A stretch of 64,000 bases of DNA from Schmidtea polychroa. Its lineage: Eukaryota. The stretch lies in NCBI GenBank assembly GCA_044892525.1, contig CM097885.1, forward strand, positions 52,268,001 to 52,332,000, written 5' to 3'. The position numbers were made by a program, and so were the translations under genes. Below, one piece after another: positions 58,096-64,000 of the stretch. Under the pieces are notes generated by a model. It was not told where the DNA came from and made no database searches. It was given only the letters and a program-made list of their open reading frames with translations. The number at the start of each line of letters is the position of its first letter. The first letter of the stretch is position 1.

Positions 58096-61000
58096 TAAAA
58101 TATCATTCACAGCTTGTTATGTAATAAACTAGTTTAAATTACATATCCTCTCCACTTATATTCCACCAATTCTCTATTTTTCACTAATTAATCACTAATA
58201 TCCCCTCGATTTTCCACTATTTAATCATTTGTATCCCCTCAATTTTCCATTAATTATTCACTTATGACCCCCCACTCCGGATATTTAATCAATTATATTT
58301 CGCCGATTTTGATTAATTATTCACTTCCCCACAAATATTTGTTTTAAAAGTTTTATTAAATTTATGAATTTTATGAAATAATTTTAAATAAATTCAATTA
58401 ATATATTTCCATTCTTATGAACTTTCTTCTTATCTATGCCCATTCAATGATCCATTAATGAATTATTCTACCAATTATTTTCACCCATTTGAATTTATCA
58501 TCGAGTAATTTCCTCACTTTAATGAAGATTCTTACCACCTTCATTGTTAATTTTATCAAAGTTTAAAGAATATTTCTCTTTACATTGCTTACCACTTTAG
58601 AATTTTTATCAAAATTTATGATAATTTTACTGATTCAATGAAGAATGAGTTAATTAATATATACTCTGAGTTTATACGACAAAATATTCTGTCCCCCTAT
58701 GGGTATTGCTCACAAGGGTACTACTCACATTCAACATGTCGCAAGGGTATAAGTCGTAAAGATATTTAATGCTTTTATTTGAATTTAAGCAAATTTGTTG
58801 TTTAAGGCATTCATTGATAATTTTTAGAGTTGATGGTTTTAGTAAATATTCAAGTAAATTTCTATAATTTTTGTGAATTTTTATGAATTTTTTGTGGATT
58901 TTTATCATTCTTGTGAATTTCTATCATTTTTGTGAATTTTTATGAATTTTGTGAATTTCCATTATTTTCATGAATTTCCGTAATTTTTTGTGAATTTTTA
59001 TCGTTTTTTGTAGATTTCCATCATTTCATGAATTTTTATCATTTTTGTGAATTTCTAACATTTTTGCAAATTTCATGTTTATTGAATGAATATTTAATAA
59101 TTTAAAGTTAGTTCTAAGATAAATTTAATTAATTTCTTGATAATTGGATGTATTTTTAATTTTAAATAAAAATTTATTTTAATGAGGTTAATAATTAAAG
59201 TTTGTACAATAATCAAGTGATAGGATAAATTTTGATGAGGATATTGAATAATTTTCTAAGAATTTCATGTGGACTGATTAAAAGTTTTAATGGTGATAAA
59301 TTTAATTGATAAATTTAGTTAATTTCTTGATAATTAGTGGTATTTTATTGAATAGTTTTTAAATAAAAATTAATTTCATTTACAATTAGGTTAATAATTA
59401 AGTGATTTTTGATGATAACTTTGTAATATATTTGACTAAATAATTTTTTCAATAATTTACTCATTGATGAACTTTAAAAAACATAAGCTAAGAAACCAGT
59501 TAACTTTAAATTTACATGAAAATGATTGTAGAATATACTGAAATTTAGTTTGCTTGAAAATGATTGGCTGAATCGATGAAGAATTATGATCAAACAATAT
59601 ATTTCATCTCCAGTATTTGATGGTAAATATTTGTAGAAAATTTAGTGAATTTTGATCTTTTAATGGGCTCTTATTATTTGTCTGGTTCTATAACAATTAA
59701 TTAAAAGTCATATTTTTGAAGTTCTCTGAGGATTTTAAGAGGATTGATATATATTAAAGGGCTCAAGTGGGTGAAATCTTTAGGGAAAATAAGGGATATA
59801 ATCGGATAGATGTTTAAAAGGGTAGAAATATTTGCTGAGAGATCGGATAAGATAGGATATTGTCGGTTAAATTTAATGAGGGATGGGTTAAGATGGGAAT
59901 ATATGATTTTTAAAGGGATATAGTCGGTTAGATTTAATGAGAGATCGGTTAAGATGGGATATTGTTGGTTAGATTTAATGAGAGATCGGTTAAGATGGGG
60001 AAAATATGATCTTTTAAGGGGATATAGTCGGTTAGATTTAATATGAGATGGGTTAAGATGGGAATATATTATTGTAAGGGAGATATAGTCGGTTGCTTTT
60101 AATGAGGGAAGGGTTTCGATGGGAATATATGATTTTTTAAGGGTGATGTTGGTAAAATATCAATGTTTTTTAAGGAAATTGCAATACATTAGTCAGTTAT
60201 GAATCAATAATAATTATATCGTTTTATTAGGTTGTGATTAATGCATAGTAAATTATTTTAGAACAATGTTTTATTAAGTATGGATAATGATCGATTTACT
60301 TGGTTTTGACGATGAAAACTTTACAGATAAATGGGATTGATATCAACTTTAAATTATTTTTATCTTTATTTAGACGGACAACGACAAAAGTTGAGAAATA
60401 TGGACTTAAAACATTGACTAAATAAAATTGATCTTTATTGGAAGGAATCTTGATTTTAATTAGTAATTAAATCGGTTGAATATTGGTAAAAATGATCATT
60501 TGAAGAAATATATTTTATTGAATGGATAAATTTAATCTTTCAATGGGACCTAGTCAGTTATATTTATTTTAAATTTCGAGTACAGTGATTAACAAAAAGT
60601 TAATTATAACCGGTTTTATCATTAGATTTTATAAATTATTTAGGGTTAATGATTTTACATGTTTTATAGGGAAATATTTGTGATAATAGGAATTAAAGTT
60701 AGAATTATACTCATTTAAAGGGGAGTTTAAGAAATCTTATTAGTCTGAGGGGAATATATGATCTTTAACAAGTACTTATCATTAAAATATCAATCTTAAA
60801 AGATAGAGTTATTTCAATGAAATTTGATGCTTTTTAGATGATTTTAGTGAAATATTTGTAATAATATGAATTAAGGGTAGAAATATAGTCATTTAAGGGA
60901 TTTTAAGGAATCTTGTTAGTTTGAGGTGAATATATGATCTTTAACAAGTATTTATCATTACAATACCAATCTTTACATATTGATATATTTTGGAGGAAAT

Positions 61001-61882
61001 GAGAAATTGGAGAATTCACTAGGAAATACCAATTATTGTCATTTAAATAAATTTACTGGTTTATTAGATGTTATCATTAGTTATCTAGTCTCTTTTGGAA
61101 TTTTATGATAATTATTTTTATTGTAGATTGCTGATTTTGATAATTGTAATGAATTTATACTGATTTTTTTTTGAATATATTGAGAAATCAGTCAATCAAT
61201 TTGAGTACATGTATTACTTTTAAAAAAATACTTAAAATTAATTTTATTTCAATTAATTTATTCAATCTAAATCAATTATCTACTAGATCTTATCTTATTA
61301 ATTTATTATCTTAGTTGATTCAACTTGAATGATCAATATTTTTTTTATTTACTTGATGACTAGAATTTTTTCCTGTCCATTAATTAAATTTTTATGATAT
61401 TTATTTCGAATATTTTAAATTTTTACAATAATTTAATCAATTTTTACCTAGTTATTGATGCCTTGAGTTCAATTAATTTTCCATCTAATTTTTCAAGTGA
61501 TGAGTATTTGCTTTTAAAGATCAATTTGTTAGTACATAGTTGTAGGTTGTAAGTAGTTGGTTGACTTTTTAGATTTTGATAAGAAAATAGTGTATGCGAT
61601 GAAGAATATTTTGTATTTAATTGCTATTATTTTTATGTGTTGTTAGTTGATTGTTGGTACTAAGTTGTTGGTATCTTGTATTTGGTAGTAGGTACAATGT
61701 TGTTTACTGATTGTTGTTATATAGTTGTAGGTTGATAATGCTTAGTACTTGGTTGTTTTTACTTGGTTGATTGAGATTTAGTTAGTATGTGGTATCATGT
61801 TGTAAGTATTTGTCAGCACCTAGTTAAAAATATTTAGTAACCGATTGTTGGTAACTGTTGAATTATTATTATTATTATTTTA

Positions 61883-61949
<67 letters not shown>

Positions 61950-64000
61950 TTATTCCATTAAAATTTCCATTAAAAATTATCATTGAAAAATATTTCATAA
62001 AAATTTCTATTAAAAATTACTTAAAAAATTATTTCATAAAAATTTTCATTAAAAAATTTCAATTCTCAAACACCTTCTATTTTTTGTTAATAAATTTAAA
62101 AATCTTAGTTTAATTTACTTATTACATTACTTATTTAAAAATTATTACTTTAATTTACTCATTTAGCTTTAATTTAAAATTTTGAACCTTAATTTACTTA
62201 TTTAAAATTTTTAACTTTAATTTACTTATCCTTAATTTACCTAATTATTCTTTATTTCTTAATTTTTCACCATAATTTACTAAACAACTAATTATAACCC
62301 TTATTTTCATATTTAACCAATAATTTCATGTGGTCATCTGGTTGTAAGTGTTTGGTATCTAGTTGACAGTGCTTATTACTAGGTAAGTTACGTGGTTGTT
62401 AGTACTTGGTTGATAATGCTTAGTTGTTGGTTGTATGTACTTGGTATCTAGTTGTTAGTAACTAGTTGTAGGTAATTAATGCTTAGTAGTTGGTAACTGG
62501 TTGTTAGTACTTGGTAGGTGGTAGCTAGTTGGTTGTAGGTACTTAGTAGTTGGTAGCTAGTTGAGTGTTGGTTGTAGCTAGTTAATGGGTAACTGGTTGT
62601 TAGTATCTAGTTGTAGGTACTTGGTAGGTGGTAGCTAGTTGTTAGCTAATTGTTGTGGGTTGTTAGTACTTGGTTGATTTGATTGTTAGTACTTGGTAGG
62701 TGGTAGCTAGTTGGTTGTAGGTACTTAGTAGTTGGTTGATAATGCTTAGTACCTGGTTGTTGACGGTTGTTAGTACGTGGTATCTAGTACCTAGTTGGTT
62801 GGTTGTTAGTACTTAGTATTTAGTTGGTTGATAATGCTTAGTACCTGGTTGATGTTGGTTGTAAGTACTTGGTATCTAGTTGTTAGCAGGTTGTTAGTAC
62901 TTAGTAGCTAGTTAATGGGTAGGTGGGGGTTGAGAGTTAGTTAGTACGTGGTATCTAGTTGTAAGTACTTGGTAGCAGGTAATTGGTTGTTAGTATCTAG
63001 TTGTAGGTATCAGGTTGATGTTGGTTGTAGGTACTTAGTAGTTGGTTGTAGGTACTTAGTAGTTGGTAATTAATGCTTAGTACCTGGTTGTTGTCGGTTG
63101 TTGGTACTTAGTAGGTGGTTGTAGGTACTTAGTAGCAGGTAACTGGTTGTTAGTACTTGGTATCTAGTACCTAGTTAGCTGGTTGTAGCTAGTTAATGGG
63201 TAGGTGGTTGTAGGTAGTTAGTAGTTGGTAACTGGTTGTAAGTATCTGGTTGTTTGAGAGTTAGTTAGTGCGTGGTATCTAGTTGTAAGTACTTGCTATC
63301 AGGTAACTAGTTGTTAGTAACTAGTTGTAGGTATCTGGTTGGTAATACATGTTCGTAAGTTACTGGTTGTTGGTACTTAGTAGGTGGTTAATAATGCTTA
63401 GTACCTGGTTGTTGTTGGTTGTATGTACTTGGTAGTTAGTTGTTAGTACTTGGTACCTAGTTGGTTGCATGTTTTTGGTTGTTGGTACTTGGTATCAGGT
63501 AACTGGTTGTAGGTATCTGGTTGGTAATACATGTTCCTAAGTTAGTGGTTGTTGGTACTAAGTTGTTGATTTGTTGTTGAATTATTATTAAAATTTGTCT
63601 TTGAAAAATATTTCATAAAAATTTTCAATAAAAATTATCTTAAAAATTTCCATCTAAAATTATCATTGAAAAATATTTCTTAAAAATTTCCATTAAAAAT
63701 TAACTTAAAAAATTATTCCATAAAAATTTCCATTAAAAATTACTTAAAAAATTATTCCATAAAAATTTTCATTAAAAAATTTCAATTCTCAAACACCTTC
63801 AACTTTTTGTTAATAAATTTTAAAATCTTACTTTAATTTACTTATTACATTACTTTAATTTACTTATTTAAAAATTATTACTTTAATTTACTTATTTTAC
63901 CATTGATTACTTAATTTTTAAAATTTGGACCTTAATTAACTTTAATTTAATTTTTTAGAATCTTAATTTACTTTAATTCAATTTTTAGAACCATTATTTA
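58096..64000 (-). repeat. Right arm of the giant inverted repeat (runs off the window)
   Basis: Reverse complement of ~50580-57209, with scattered substitutions and indels confined mostly to the repeat arrays. Confidence 0.96.

Noticed and set aside
62330..63580. G/T-rich strand as a telomere array or mitochondrial insertion
   Set aside because: No TTAGGG or other fixed short period, and no mitochondrial gene motifs.

Overview
Very AT-rich (roughly 75-80% by eye) eukaryotic nuclear DNA. The style suggests an invertebrate, and the abundant (ATT)n tracts resemble a triclad flatworm, but the taxon is not proven. I find no intact, recognisable host gene; most ORF-track entries are noise. Bases 1-47 kb are a graveyard of transposon remnants: hAT, piggyBac-type and pogo-type MITEs, a mini-Helitron, a decayed Penelope element with hammerhead-like inverted remnants, and a decayed Ty3/Gypsy element with 96-bp LTRs and a nested solo LTR. 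Intronless pseudogene fragments are mixed in (hsp90, actin, TRIM B-box, cold-shock domain). A nearly intact Buster-type hAT transposon lies at 47063-49532. The dominant feature is a non-coding giant inverted repeat: a ~7.4-kb left arm (49806-57209), an ~0.9-kb spacer, and a near-identical right arm (58096 to beyond 64000). The arms are built from tandem-repeat modules and start with AGTAG plus a strong GC hairpin. Other leads: (1) a Gypsy primer-binding site that looks complementary to the 5' end of a tRNA; (2) a conserved ~200-bp module shared by unrelated elements; (3) a leader family placed upstream of different cargo ORFs.
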